A stretch of 64,000 nt of DNA from Malacoraja senta (Eukaryota): NCBI GenBank assembly GCA_038087875.1, contig CM075998.1, forward strand, positions 6,822,001 through 6,886,000, read 5' to 3'. The position numbers and the translations under genes were made by a program. Positions within the stretch are counted from its first letter, which is position 1. Each line of letters opens with the position of its first letter. Shown in pieces: positions 24,461 through 38,225 of the stretch. The notes under the pieces are model-generated. The model had not been told where the DNA came from. It did not search any database and saw nothing but the letters and a program-made list of their open reading frames with translations.

Positions 24461-24785
24461 CACATAACAATTACAGCACGGAAACAGGCCATCTCGGCCC
24501 TTCTAGTCCGTGCCGAACACTTATTCTCCCCTAGTCCCATCTACCTGCACTCAGACCATAACCCTCCATTCCTTTTCGATCCATATACTATCCAATTTAT
24601 TTTTAAATGATAAAATCGAACCTGCCTCCACCACTTCCACTGGAAGCTCATTCCACACAGCTACCACTCTCTGAGTAAAGAAGTTCCCCCTCATGTTACC
24701 CCTAAACTTCTGTCCCTTAATTCTCAAATCATGTCCTCTTGTTTGAATCTTCCTACTCTCAATAGAAAAAGCTTATCCACGTCAA
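24461..24785 (-). mobile_element. CR1 3' end, same subfamily as 59400-60880
   Basis: Tail acagcacggaaacaggccatctcggccc is the reverse complement of the tail at ~60835-60862. Confidence 0.75.
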
Positions 24786-26486
24786 CCCCCTCTCCTCGCC
24801 TCCTCTTACTTAACAAAAGTCTTTTAGTCTCAATGATGATATTTTCATTGATGCCCCTCCCAAGCACGACAGTTTTTTTGGAAAAGGGTTCAAAATTTCA
24901 GCTACCCCTTTACGTGATGGAATATCCCCTCACATTGTTCCTGAACGGTCTGGCTGTAATATTACGGTTATGCTCCATAATTCCATATTCCCCTAATCAG
25001 AAGAAATGGTTACTCTCTTATCAAATCCTTTAATCATATTAAACATTTTGGTAAACAACGCCTTAATCCTCAATTTAAAAAAACACATACAAACTGTTGT
25101 CCAACTGCTCAGATACTTACAAAATAGACGAGGCTCATTTCCACTGAAAGCATTTGCAATGAACAGGGTCCCTAGACTGCAGAACTTTATGATGAAATTT
25201 AGCACCTTGATTCTACAACATGTCTGTCCAGTGTTGGAGAGCATCTCAATTGAACTTGATCTATGGAGCTTTGTTCACTGGTAGGTTTGTGTCTGGAGTA
25301 GGGATTCTAACTGTACTAAGAGTGAGATCAGGAAAATCTTTTTCACCCAGAGAGTTGTGTATCTGTGGAATTCTCTGCCACAGAAGGCAGTGGAGGCCAA
25401 TTCGCTGGATGTATTAAAGATAGATAGATATAGGTCTTAGAGCTAACAGAATCAAGGGATATGGGGAAAAAACGGGGTACTGATTCTGGATGACCAGCCT
25501 TGATATTGAATGGCGGTGCTGGCTCGAAGGGCCGAATGGCCTACTCCTGCACCTACTTTCCATGTTTCTATGTTTAAGAGTCTGTTCTTTCATATAATGT
25601 TTATTGTACAGATACACCAAATTTATTAAAGCATTATTTCAACATTATTTCAACACAACAATGCTAATCTTTAAACCTCCCCGAAGCTATCAATTTATTC
25701 CAAATTTCTACATTGTTCCAATCCAACTGCTTACCATTAAAATATGTCAGCCCTATTTTTGTTTTAAAGTTGGGTCCACTATGTTCTTGGTATAAGTAAT
25801 AAACAAAAGATTACTATTCTTCTGGAGGGAGTAAACAAGAGAATAAAACTGGTGCCTGAAAGAAGAAAAAAGAATAAGGGATACAATATACAATGCACCT
25901 AAGGAATAATAGAACATAGACTGTACAACACAAGAACAGGCCCTTCGGCCCATAATGTCTGTGCCATAAATGATGCCAAGACCATCACTTATCGACCTGC
26001 GCATGATCTATTTCCCTCCAATCGCTGCATATCCATATGCCTCTCCAAAATCCTCTCAAATACCACCATCATATCTGCCTTCACCACCAAACCTGGGAGC
26101 CATTCCAGGCACTCACCTCCCTATACTTTAAAAAAAGTTGCCCCTCACATCTTTGCCCCCTTCACCTTAAAGCTGTGCCCTCTAGTATTTATTTTTTTCC
26201 ATCCTGGGGAAAAAGGTTCTTACTGTTGACTCTATCTATGCTGCTCATAATTTTCTACACCTTTGTCAGTGCTCCCTGCAGCCTGTGGCGTTCCAGTGAA
26301 AACAATGCAATTTTGTGCAACCTCTCCCTGTAGTTAATCCAGACATTATTCTGATAAACCTCGTCTGCACCCTTTCCAAAAGCCTCCACATCCTTCCTGT
26401 AATGGGGTGACCAGAACGCATGCAGTATTCCAAATGTGGCCTAATCAAAGTCCTAAAAAGCTGCAGCACGATCTCTTGACTCAAAC

Positions 26487-26725
26487 AGTGCCCTTCATAA
26501 TGTTTGGGACAAAGACCCATCATTTATTTATTTGCCTCTGTACTCCATAATTTGAGATTTGTAATAGAAAAAAATCACATGTGGTTAAAGTGCACATTGT
26601 CAGATTTTATTAAAGGGTATTTTTATACATTTTGGTTTCACCATGTAGAAATTACAGCTGTGTTTATACATAGTCCCCCTATTTCAGGGCACCATAATGT
26701 TTGGGACACATGGCTTCACAAACAC
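26487..26725. mobile_element. Solo Tc1 terminal IR/DR (one end only)
   Basis: cagtgcccttcataatgtttgggacaaagacc..cagggcaccataatgtttgggacaca. Confidence 0.8.
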
Positions 26726-27462
26726 CTGATGCCACGAGCACCTACGACTAGCATCACGGCCTGCTACGACCTACCTACGACCTCGTGACGACCATGCTGC
26801 GAGTATGAGTCAAGGGCAAACTCGGCAGAGGTCGTGAATTAGGTCGAGAAAGTGGGACAGCCCTTTAACCTGCAATTTCTCAGCCTATTTCTGTAGCTGA
26901 TCTACATCTCACTATATACCACGACAGCCTTCCTCACATTCCGTGACCCCCAACAAACGGTGTAATCTGCATGATGTCCCTCGCCTACTGACATTCACTT
27001 TATTCCTTAATTATCTGTCCTTCTCCTAACTGATTGAAAAATCTCCCGATCCAAATTTTCTGCCCTTCATGCAAAAGTCTGTTTGAAGTATCAGCTCATC
27101 GAGACTAGGCTATCCTTGGTCTCAAAACATCCTAGCCCTTAAAGCTATTTGTGTTCTCACCCATACTAAGTCCATTTGTACAGAAAGGTGAGCATGCAGT
27201 AGGTGTGAAGCTGTGCAAAGGAAGTAGTCAAATCATGAGGACCACTTCAAATTTAGGGAGAATCCCATGCCTTTATTGCTCCCAGCCCCAGGCCATTTGA
27301 CAGCCTTCACTTGCTCCAACATTTATGCGTCAACTTTCCTCTTCTACTAGTATATATTTCCTGCTAACTACAAAATATCAGAAAATATGTATCTCTGTGT
27401 CAGCTCCCTGAAACATAATTGCATTTTTAAGGACATTTTTAGAGTTATATAAGTGACATTAG

Positions 27463-27600
<138 letters not shown>

Positions 27601-28455
27601 TAGGTTGATTCTTTTTCCTTTCCAGAATGCGTTTTCTTTATTGAACGTACATGCTCCAGACAGTTCTGCTGAGTTGAGTTGTACTCTGTGCAGGTCAGAA
27701 TATTGAGGTTGAGACATTGTTAAGTTTTACAACTAGTCTTATGGAATGTTTCCCCAGCACAGAAATTGATAGAAAGCATTTCTCACTGCCTGCAATCTTT
27801 GCTGAGTAGCATTTTGAGTGTATCCTCCATTTATAAAGTAAAGGATTATCCATGGAGCCTCCTGCCCTCATTACCATATGAATTGAAATGTTCAGGCTTC
27901 AGAATTATATACAAAGTACCAGACACTTGATAGTGCTGGAACACCCATCTCAATGCCATTATCCGATCTGCAGGCTATATTTCATGATAATTCCAGTGAA
28001 TCTGTTCTTGTTTGTGACGTATTCTGCTTGATTTTGTGTCACTGTCTATCTGAGCACAAAAACTGAGGATAGAAAATAATAGTTTCTCGCTGCACTTTAT
28101 TGTCTAAAATGCTCTATAACATACTATCCCTGAATCCCAGCTCACGGGGGTAGGAGGGTCCAGGAACATCTGCTTCCTCAATGATTACTGGACTCAGCAT
28201 GCAAGGCTAACGTTCGAAAATGCTGCAAATGATCCATTTCATCTCCCTCCTTAGATCCCTGGTATTGCAGAAACCAGTCGTCATCCACTTCCATTCAATT
28301 CATGTGAATTCAAGAATCAAGTGAGAGCACTGGGTACAGCAAAGGCAATATCCTAGCTGTGGTGCTGAAGACCTGTGATCCAGAACTAGCCACACCTCTA
28401 GCCAAGCTGTTGAAGTAACATTGTCTACCCAATAATGTTGAAAATTGCCGAGATA

Positions 28456-30090
28456 CAGTGCCCTCCATAATGTTTGGGACAAAGACCCATCATTTATTTA
28501 TTTACCTCTACTCCACAATTTGAGATTTGTAATAGAAAAAATCACATTGTCAGATTTTAATAAAGGCCATTTTTATACATTTTGGTTTCACCATGTGGAA
28601 ATTACAGCAGTGTTTATACATAGTCCCCCCATTTCAGGGCACCATAATGTTTGGGACACAGCAATGTCATGTAAATGAAAGTAGTCATGTTTTGTATTTT
28701 GTTGCATATCCTTTGCATGCAATGACTGCTTGAAATCTCCGATTAATGGACATCACCAGTTGCTGGGTGTCTTCTCTGGTGATGCTCTGCCAGGCCTGTA
28801 TTGCAGACATCTTTAGCTTATGCTGGTTTTGGGGGCTAGTCCCCTTCAGTTTTCTCTTCAGCATATAAAAGGCATGCTCAATTGGGTTCAGATCGGGTGA
28901 TTGACTTGGCCACTCAAGAATTTACAAATTTTTAGCTTTAAAAAACTCCTTTGTTGCTTTATCAGTATGTTTGGGATCATTGTCTTGCTGTAGAATGAAC
29001 CGCCGGCCAATGAGTTTTGAGGCATTTGTTTGAACTTGAGCAGATAGGATGTGTCTATACACTTCAGAATTCATTATGCTACTACCATCAGCAGTTGTAT
29101 GATCAATGAAGATAAGTGAGCCAGTACCTTCAGCAGCCATACATGCCCAGGCCATAACACCCCCACCACCGTGTTGCACAGATGAGGTGGTATGCTTTGG
29201 ATCTTGGGCAGTTCCTGCTCTCCTCTATATAATTTGCACTTGCTATCACTCTGATATAAGTTAATCTTTGTCTCATCTGTCCACAAGACCTTTTTCCAGA
29301 ACTGTAGTTGCTCTTTTAAGTACTTCTTGGCAAACTGTAACTCGGCCATCCTATTTTTGCGGCTAACCAGTGGTTTGCATCTTGCAGTGTAGCCTCTGTA
29401 TTTCTGTTCATGAAGTCTTCTGCGGACAGTGGTCATTGATAAATCCAAACCTGACTCCTGAAGAGTGTTTCTGATCTGCTGGACGGTGTTTGGGGATTTC
29501 TCTTTATTATAGAGAGAATTCTTCTGTCATCAGCTGTGGAGGTCTTCCTTGGCCTGCCAGTCCCTTTGCGATCAGTAAGCTCACCAGTGCTCTCTTTCTT
29601 CTTAATGATGTTCCAAACAGTTGATTTTGGTAGGCCTAAGGTTTGGCTAATGTCTCTAACAGTTTTATTCTTGTTTCTCAGTCTCATAATGGCTTCTTTG
29701 ACTTTCATTGGCACAACTTTGGTCCTCATGTTGATAAACAGCAATACAAGTTTCCAAAGGTGATGGAAAGACTTGAGGAAAGACTAGGTGCTGAGAGCTA
29801 TCTTATACTGCATTAAGGAGGCATTTAAACACACCTGAGCAATTACAAATGCCTGTGAAGCCATGTGTCCCAAACATTATGGTGCCCTGAAATGGGGGGG
29901 ACTATGTATAAACACAGTTGTAATTTCTACATGGTGAAACCAAAATGTATAAAAATGGCCTTTAATAAAATCTGACAATGTGCACTTTAACCATATGTGA
30001 TTTTTTTTCTATTACAAATCTCAAATTGTGGAGTACAGAGGCAAATAAATAAATGATGGGTCTTTGTCCCAAACATTATGGAGGGCACTG
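28456..30090 (-). mobile_element. Full-length Tc1 (IR/DR type) DNA transposon with a disrupted DD34E transposase
   Basis: TA|cagtgccctcc..ggagggcactg|TA, long TIRs with inner direct repeats. ORFs 29433-29744, 29074-29448 and 28922-29179 carry an HTH, GRPRK, WTDETK, QQDNDPKH and SPDLNPIE, with frameshifts and a stop. Confidence 0.95.
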
Positions 30091-30375
30091 TACGTCATGT
30101 CCACAAAAAAACTAAATCCAATCCAGCTAATTACTACTCTTTCTGCTCTGAATCATTAGCAAAATTCAGCAGCATTACTTGAAAGAGAAATGGAGTTAAT
30201 TTATCAGCTAGACGTCCCTTCATCAGAACTGGGGCAGTGAGAAAATGAGCGAGTTTTAAACTGTGGAGATTGTGGGAGGAGGGATGGGAAGAACGAAGGG
30301 GATATCTCTGATAGGGTGAGGCCAGGGTTGCCCAGATAATCCTTGTTATATATAGTTTGGTTGAAGGATTCATGA

Positions 30376-30501
<126 letters not shown>

Positions 30502-31381
30502 TGATTATTGTGTGAAATGGAACTTGTACATGAAGTGAGCTTCATATTCACTGTTTGTATCTTGCAATAAGAGGGAATGCATTTGGCCATTGCCATCCAA
30601 ATCCAGTCATTCAATCCAGCCAAATTCCGCTTCCTACCATCCGGGTAGTTACAGCATATCAGACGTGGAATCAGATGCAGTGGTTTACTCCTTCTCCACA
30701 TTTATACCCACTGCACATAATCCGCTGACTTGCTCTCCGCAGAGCTGCTTACTTGTGATGTCGGCCATGGATGTTGGGGAGTGTTGGTAAATGTAGTGCA
30801 TTCCTCAGGGACCTCTCCTCTGATGTCCAGTGAATTCTGTTTGCTGAGACGGGTTGTATCTTACTACCAGTGCTGGTAAACAGAAATGTCTCTGTTATCA
30901 GGCAACAAAACCATCCTACCAACAACTAGAGAGTGGTCCTGAGCTATCTACCTCATTGGAGTCCCTTGGACTATCTTTGATTGGCCACAATCCACCAGCA
31001 GCTTTGGATGGTGAAAACATAAGAAGATAGGATGCAGTAAATCAAAAGCAAACCATGTAGGCTGAATCCTACATAGAATGTTTAATATCCATGCAAGGCT
31101 TGACCTCTGTATGTCCTTGCGGTCTTTGTCATTGCCAGTTTGCTTGTTTTGGTTATTCACAGAAAGTCTATACCCCTATCCTGAGCAGATTGCTAGGGCA
31201 TTGTGTTCCAGAATTCCACCCTCTTCAGGGTTTTGTGTCTTTTCCTCAACTCCCTGCTCATGCTTCTACTATTTGTCTTCAGTTGATGCCACCTTGTTAT
31301 TGACCCGTCTGCTGAGGGAAATGGGTCCTTTCTATGCCTCTTACAATTTTATACCCATTCTATATCTTTTATCTTTTGTAG

Positions 31382-31474
31382 AACCACTGCTTGTCTCGGC
31401 CCAACATTTATCTAAACTCGGAAATTGAACCCAAGTTGCTGAGCAAACTGAAAGACATTATTAAGAGACACCAG
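31382..31474 (+). CDS. SMARCC2: SMARCC2 exon 5, 93 nt
   Basis: ttttgtag|[31 protein letters not shown]|gtaaga. Confidence 0.97.
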
Positions 31475-31574
31475 GTAAGATTACATGTGGTGAGAGTTGT
31501 GTGAGAAGTAGCCTGATTGGAACATTTGCTGCACATGTCTTAAAGCTCAGTTTGTAGCAAAAGCACTAGTTTCC

Positions 31575-32010
31575 ATAAGATATGGGAGCAGAATTAAGCC
31601 ATTCGGCCTATCGAATCGGCTCCACCATTCGACCATTGTTGTTCTATTTTTCTCTCAACCCCATTCCCTGACTTCTCCCCATAACCTTACAAATCAAGAA
31701 CCTATCAATTTCCGCTTTAAAAATACCCAATGACACCCTCCACAGCTATATGTGGCAATTAATCCCACAGATTCACCACCCTCTGACTTAAGAAATTCCT
31801 CCTCATCTGCATTCTAAAGCTACATCCTTTTTTTTGAGGCTGTGCCCTCTGATCCTAGACTCTCCCACTGCTGGAAACATCCTTTCCACATCCACTCTAT
31901 CTGGGCCTTTCATTATTCGGTAGGTTTCAATGAGATTCCCACTCATCCTACTAAACTCCAGCGAGTACAGGCCCAGAGCCATCAAACACTCCTCGTACGT
32001 TAACCCAATT
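31575..32010 (-). mobile_element. CR1 3' fragment
   Basis: ORF 31803-32039 LGLYSLEFSRMSGNLIETY, plus CR1 tail. Confidence 0.75.
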
Positions 32011-32344
32011 CTACCATCTACTGTATTATAAACATACAACCCATCATCTCCTTAGAATGGGTGCGTGTATTTTTAATATTCCAACATGAAGTTTGGTTTT
32101 GTGTCATCTTAGATGCTTCTTTGGGTTCATCTAGTTCCAGTGTTCCCTGATAGTTTTTGATACCTTTTGGCTTTCTTTCTTATCCTGTATATTACTCAGA
32201 AGCCCATCTCGCACTGCATTTTCCTTTGTTGGAGAATGTCAATTATGCCAATTAAGGAAACAATCCTCATGGTATCAAAAATGTTTGCTTAATTCCTGTG
32301 CAATTGCAATAACTTATTACAACTATGTTTTTAGTAAACTGCCT

Positions 32345-33132
32345 CTATATCTTAACCGTGACTTCTTCGCCATTTTTCAATAGTCTGCAGTGTATTTCTA
32401 AAATCGTTACAGATAGAGAGGGAGGGTGAGGGGAGTGGAGTAGAGGGGGAGGGGGGGTAGAGAGGGAGAGGGGCAGAGAGGGGCAGAGAGGGAGTGGGGT
32501 AGAGACCCCACGCCATCTCTCTCCTCATTTCCCTCATCATTCTCCCCTCACTCCCATTCCTTGCCGCAGCAGCTATCCAGGTCGTAGAGCAGCGCCAGGG
32601 CCTGGAACTCATCCTGGTTCTCGTACTCGGCCCGGCCCTGGCTGGTCCTTGGTTCCACCGGCAGCTTCTTTCTCGGCTCTTGTGACGGCCCCATGACAAG
32701 CCCTGGGCTCGGCCCTCACTCCAGCTCCAGCCCAGGCCCGAGCGAGACTCGAGGACGGCGACTGGGGCAGGCAAGGGGACGGGGGACGGAGGGTGGTTTA
32801 CAGAAAATTCCTGCGTGCTCCCCCCCGCGACGAGCCGGAGTGCATTGTGACATCATTCAGTTTTTCTTGGCAAAACGGTTAAGTCTGGGATGTGTTCAAA
32901 ATTTCAATTATCAATAACTTCGGGAATATAGGTGGAAATGCGATGGGAATATGTTTATCACCACAGGAAAAAAAAGTGAGTAGAATGTGTGAAAATGGGA
33001 AGGCTGTGGCCTAATGTTTGTAAGGAAATGAGAATTAAGCAGATTGTGCCCAGATGTGTGTGAGAGAGTGAGAGAGGGACACACACGCACACGCAGGCAC
33101 ACACACACACACACACACACACAGGCACACAG

Positions 33133-33216
<84 letters not shown>

Positions 33217-33230
33217 TTTTAGTTATATAT
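32345..33230 (-). mobile_element. Helitron-like non-autonomous element fragment with (CA)n microsatellite
   Basis: Minus strand starts tatatataactaaaagtctgtgtgtg.., like the units at 16181-21901, and shares their tgatgtcacaatgc motif and a purine/pyrimidine-biased tract. Confidence 0.45.
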
Positions 33231-33231
33231 A

Positions 33232-33908
33232 CAGTGCAGTCAGAAAGTATTCAGACTGCTTCACTTTTTCCACATGTTGTTACGTTACAGCCTTATTTTA
33301 AAATTGATTTAAAATTCTTTTTTTTATCATCAATCTACTCGCAATACCCCATAATAAAAAACCAACAACAGGTGTTTCGAATTTTTTGTGACGTAATTAA
33401 AAAGAAATAACTGAAATATCACATTTACATAATTTTACTATGACACTCAAAATTGAGCTTTGGTGCATCCTGTTTCCATTGATTATCCTTGAGATTTTTT
33501 TCAACTTGATTGGAGCCCACCAGTGGTAAATTAAATGTACATGATTTGGAAAGGCACACACCTGTCTATATAAGGTCCCACAGTTGACAGTTCATGTCAG
33601 AGCAAAAACCAAGCCATGAAGATGAAGGAATTGTCCGTAGACCTCCGAGACAGGATTGTGTCAAGACGCAGATCTGGGGAAGGGTATAAAACAATTTCTG
33701 CAGCATTGCAGGTCCCGAAGAGCACAGTGGCCTCCGTCATTCTTAAATGGAAGAACTTTGGAACCATCAGAACTCTTCATAGAGATGGCCGCCAGGCCAA
33801 ACTGAGCAATCGGGGGAGAAGGGCTTTTGTCAGGGAGCAAACATTTTTAAACACCTGTTTTCGCTTTTTTATTATGGGGGATTGTGTGAATACTTTTTGA
33901 ATGCATTG
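33232..33908 (+). mobile_element. Internally deleted Tc1 transposon of a second family
   Basis: TA|cagtgcagtcagaaagtattcagac..gtgtgaatactttttgaatgcattg|TA. ORF 33616-33900 MKMKELSVDLRDRIVSRRRSGEGYKTIS.. is the Tc1 paired-like HTH. Confidence 0.9.
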
Positions 33909-34423
33909 TAGATGGGCCAAACGCAGGCAAGTGGGACTAGTGTAGATGGGGCATCTCGGTCAACATGGGAAAATTGGACCGAAAGGCCTGTTTCCATGAT
34001 GTATGACTCAATGAGATATAAAGATAAGATATTTGTTGTGAACTTGCTACCTCGTCGGAGGCTGATGTTGGAGAACACTTTCCACTCTAACCAGCAAGTC
34101 ATATACACATATTGTGAGGATTTTTAATTTTTTTAATTTCTGTTTCCTGGTAGTTCTTGATGGTGATCCCATCTGATTCATTTTACTATGATAATGGCCA
34201 ACACTTTATGTAAACTCATCACCCTCACAATAGAATCGCGCCCTGGGTAGAATGTTGGGGGTAAACCTTTAATTCTGCCATTTCATTGTGCCCTTTGTTA
34301 AAACAGGAGCATTCTGGTTCCTAGATTAGATATAACTTCTTTTCTTTCGCTGAAGAACATTTTTGACCTCTCACTTTATGATTTATCTGTCTTGCTATAT
34401 GTTAATTAAGTGTTTTCTAATAG

Positions 34424-34493
34424 GGTACTGTTACTGAGGACAAGTCAAATGCATCACACATTGTTTACCCGATTCCTGGCAGTTTGGAAGATG
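34424..34493 (+). CDS. SMARCC2: SMARCC2 exon 6, 70 nt
   Basis: ttctaatag|[23 protein letters not shown](E)|gtgagt. Confidence 0.96.
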
Positions 34494-34814
34494 GTGAGTT
34501 TTATGGTTTTCAATCTGAATTCTTGTATCGCCCTCAGCAGGTTACTTGAGTGATTTCATTTTGCAGCCTTGGATGAAAGACTGATTACATTTTAGCTATT
34601 TGTGCAATATACAAATGTATGTTGATGATAGGCTTTGGTTCTGAATGCTGTTTTGTCCTGATTCAGTTGAACTGGAATTTTTAGTGATCTTGAACCAAAA
34701 TTCCATGATGGCGAATTCCTTCCTATTCAAAAGCACAAGATATCAAAGAAAGGTTATGTTTTACAATGGCAACAAACTATGAACAGATATGATAGCGTTT
34801 GTGAAAGGCATACA

Positions 34815-35476
34815 ATAGACAATAGGTGTTGGAGTAGGCCATTCGGCCCTTTGAGCCAGCACCGCCATTCAATGTGATCATGGCTGATCATCCACAATCA
34901 ATACCCCGTTCCTGCCTTCTCATATCCCTTGATTCCGTTATCTTTAAGAGCCCTATCTAACTCTCTCTTGAAAGCATCCAGAGAACCGGCGTCCACTGCC
35001 TTCTGAGGCAGAGAATTCCACAGATTCACAACTCTCTGGGTGAAAAAGTTTTTCCTCATCTCCATTCTAAATGGCCTACCCCTTATTCTTAAACTGTGGG
35101 CCCTGTATCTGGACTCCCCCAACATCAGGAACATGTTTCCTGCCGCTGGCGTGTCCAATCCCTTATTAATCTTATATGTTTCAATAAGATTCCCTCTCAT
35201 CCTTCTAAATTCCAGAGTATACAAGCCCAGTCGCTCCATTCTCTCAACATATGACAGTTCTGCCATCCTGTGAATTAACCTAGTGAACTCCCTCAATAGC
35301 AAGAATGTCCTTCCTTAAATTTGGAGACGAAAACTGCACACAATACCCCAGGTGTGGTCTCACTAGGGCCCTGTACAACTGCAGAAGGACCTCTTTGCTC
35401 CTATACTCAACTCCTCTTGTTATGAAGGCCAACATGCCATTCGCTTTTTTCACTGCCTGCTGTACCTGCATACTTA
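34815..35476 (-). mobile_element. CR1 3' part
   Basis: MQVQQAVKKANG..RPHLGYC..FFTQRVVNLWNSLP, plus tail. Confidence 0.88.
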
Positions 35477-37745
35477 CAATATCACCAATTGCCACAAAAC
35501 GCTTGAACAGCCAATTCCAGGGTCTCAGCATCGACCAATTGAGATGCGCATCACGGCCGCAGTGACCGCAAAACACCCTCCCGTACTCCAACGGCGATTC
35601 AATTTCAGAACGGCGGACTGGGAGGCTTTTGCTAAGGCTACTGATGAACTTGTGCAAGATATAGAAAGTTCATCACACAACTACAACCAGTTTGTTGATA
35701 CGATCCACACAGCAGCACGCAAGACCATTCCGCAGGGCTGCCGGCTTAACTACATTGCAGGCGTGAACGCTGAAACTGCTGACTTACTCTCTATGTACGA
35801 AGAACTTTTAGATGAAGACCCATTCGCAGACAAAACAGCTGAGATCGGGAAACAGCTCACAGATGCACTCAATGAGGGAAAACGCGGACAATGGCAGGAG
35901 CTAATAGGAACAACAGACCTATGACACAGCAGCAGGAAGGCATGAGCGACACTGAGACACTGACCCTACCCACAGTAAACCACGTGGAAATGTGACTGCT
36001 AACCAGGTGGCCCACCAGTTGTTGCTAAACGGCAAGAGTAGTGGTAAGAAACCTCTGCCCTCAAAGGTTGCTGATGGCAACAACCGAAACTACGGATGGT
36101 ACATTCAACCTTTCACCATGGACGAACTCAACAAAGCCCTGAATGTGATGAAACCTAACAATGCAGCTAGCTGGCTTGGACAACATCAGAACTGAGATGC
36201 TGCAACATCCGGGTCCCAGAGCACGAGAATGGCTGCTGGAGATATTTAACATCTGCATAGCAACCAACTCCATTCCACGAGTCTGGCAGAAATCCAAGGT
36301 TGCTGCTTTACCAAAACCAGGCAAAGATGCCAATCTTCCCAGCAGCTACCGGCCTATATCCCTGCTGTACCCCCATACAAACTGATGGAAAGATGCAAAC
36401 TGAACTGCATCACACTGGATGTAGACGATGTTTTGATACCTGAACAGGCTGAATTCCACCAGGGAAAGTCAACAACAGGACAACTGCTGAACCTCACTCA
36501 GCACATTGAAGATGGCTTCAAGGGGAAGCTGACCACACGTGCAGTATTTGTAGACTTATCCGCAGCATATGACACTGTAAACCACCGTACCATGAAAGCC
36601 AAACTGCAACAGACACTACAGGACTCTCATCTTGTCCAGTTCATCATGACAATGATGGAGAACCACCGCTTCTTCTTATGCCTGAATGGTCAGAACAGCC
36701 GTTGGAGACGGCAAAAGAATGGTTTACCACAGGGCAGTGTCCTTGCCCCAACGTTGTTCATTATATATACACCAATGACCAACCCATCACCCCGAAAACT
36801 AGGTTGTTTCTGTATGCTGATGACTTATGCATCGCAACGCAATCCTCAGACTTCAGCCAGATTGAGACCGTTCTAGAGGCTGCTCTGCAGAATATGACAA
36901 CATACTACCAACACAACTCCCTGCGCCCAAACCCAACAAAAACGCAAAGCGCAGCTTTCCACCTCCAGAACCGGGATGCGAAACGTCAACTGCAGGTGCG
37001 ATGGAATGATGTCCTGTTGGAACACTGCAAAGCCCCAATGTACCTCGGTGTGGTCCTCGATCGCACATTATCATATCGCCAACATGTTGAGAAAACCAAG
37101 GCAAAGGTCAACACCTGGAAAAATGTAATCGAAAAATTGGGAAGCAGCTCAATTGGAAGTGACCCAACAACAATCCGCACTGCAGCCCTGGCGCTCTATT
37201 TCTCATTGGCAGAATATGCAAGCCCCGTCTGGAGCCGCTCTAAACATGCACGCAAGGTGGACTCTGCATTGAACACTGCCTGCACGAAAACCACAGGATG
37301 CCTGAAGCCGACAAAGGTTGAACACCTGTACGAGCTGGCAGGCATCGACGAACCATCTTGAAGACGTGATCGGGCAGCTGCAGTAGAATGCTTCAATGCC
37401 CCCGCCACCACTTGCACAATCACCAACATGCCAAGAAACGCCGGAAGAGTCGGAACAGCTTCATGGAATTGGAGCCAACCGTACCAGGCACCAAAACCAA
37501 ACAACAAATGGCACCAGGACACCACCTGCCTTATACTACCTGGAAAGGCCTAAACTGCCTCCGCACTGGAGTGGGACGTTGCGGACTCAACCTGAAGAAG
37601 TGGGGCCTCTCGAACTCTGACAAGTGCAACTGTGGAGAGGTACAGACAATGGCCCACCTACTGACCTGCGGCGGAGAGGCACGCACTGTGGACGATCTCC
37701 GCAGAGGCACAGATGTGGCACTGGATGTGGCAAAGCGATGTGTCA
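35477..37745 (+). mobile_element. Non-LTR retrotransposon, Vingi/Ingi-like, degenerate and truncated at both ends
   Basis: RRFNFRTADW, SYRPISLL, LTQHIEDGF, FVDLSAAYDTVNH, GLPQGSVLAP, LYADD, AEYASPVW, and C-terminal CNCGEVQTMAHLLTC. The clade assignment is from motif recall. Confidence 0.75.
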
Positions 37746-38225
37746 CTACCTCCTAATGGTTCCAGTTCATTACACAACACTAAATCCAGAATTGCCTTCT
37801 CCCTGGTAGGCTCCAATACAAGCTGCTCTAAGAATCCATCTCGGAAGCACTCCACAAACTCCCTTTCTTGGGGTCCAGTACCAACCTGGTTTTTCCAGTC
37901 TACCTGCATGTTGAAATCTCCCATAACAACCATGGCATTACCTTTGTGACGCGCCCATTTTAACTCTTGATTCAACTTGCACCCTATATCCAGGCTACTG
38001 TTTGGGGGCCTGTAGATAACTCCCATTAGGGTCTTTTTACCCTTACAATTTATCAGTTCTATCCATACTGACTCTACATCTCCTGATTCTATGTCATCCA
38101 CGCAAGGGACTGAATTTCATTCCTCACCAACAAAGCTACCCCACCACCTCTGCCAACCTGTCTGTCTTCGATACCCCTGAATATTCAGTTCCCAGCCCAG
38201 GTCCTCTTGCAGCCATGTCTCTGCA
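37746..38225 (-). mobile_element. CR1 ORF2 APE endonuclease fragment
   Basis: VESVWIEL..GVIYRPPNS..MGDFN..PTREKAILDLVLCN..PLGGSD. Confidence 0.88.

Noticed and set aside
26726..26868. Possible DNA-transposon end (gtgggacagcccttta)
   Set aside because: Only one end seen and the family cannot be assigned from the sequence alone.
32911..33301. CV- and HT-repeat ORFs
   Set aside because: Translations of a (CA)n microsatellite.
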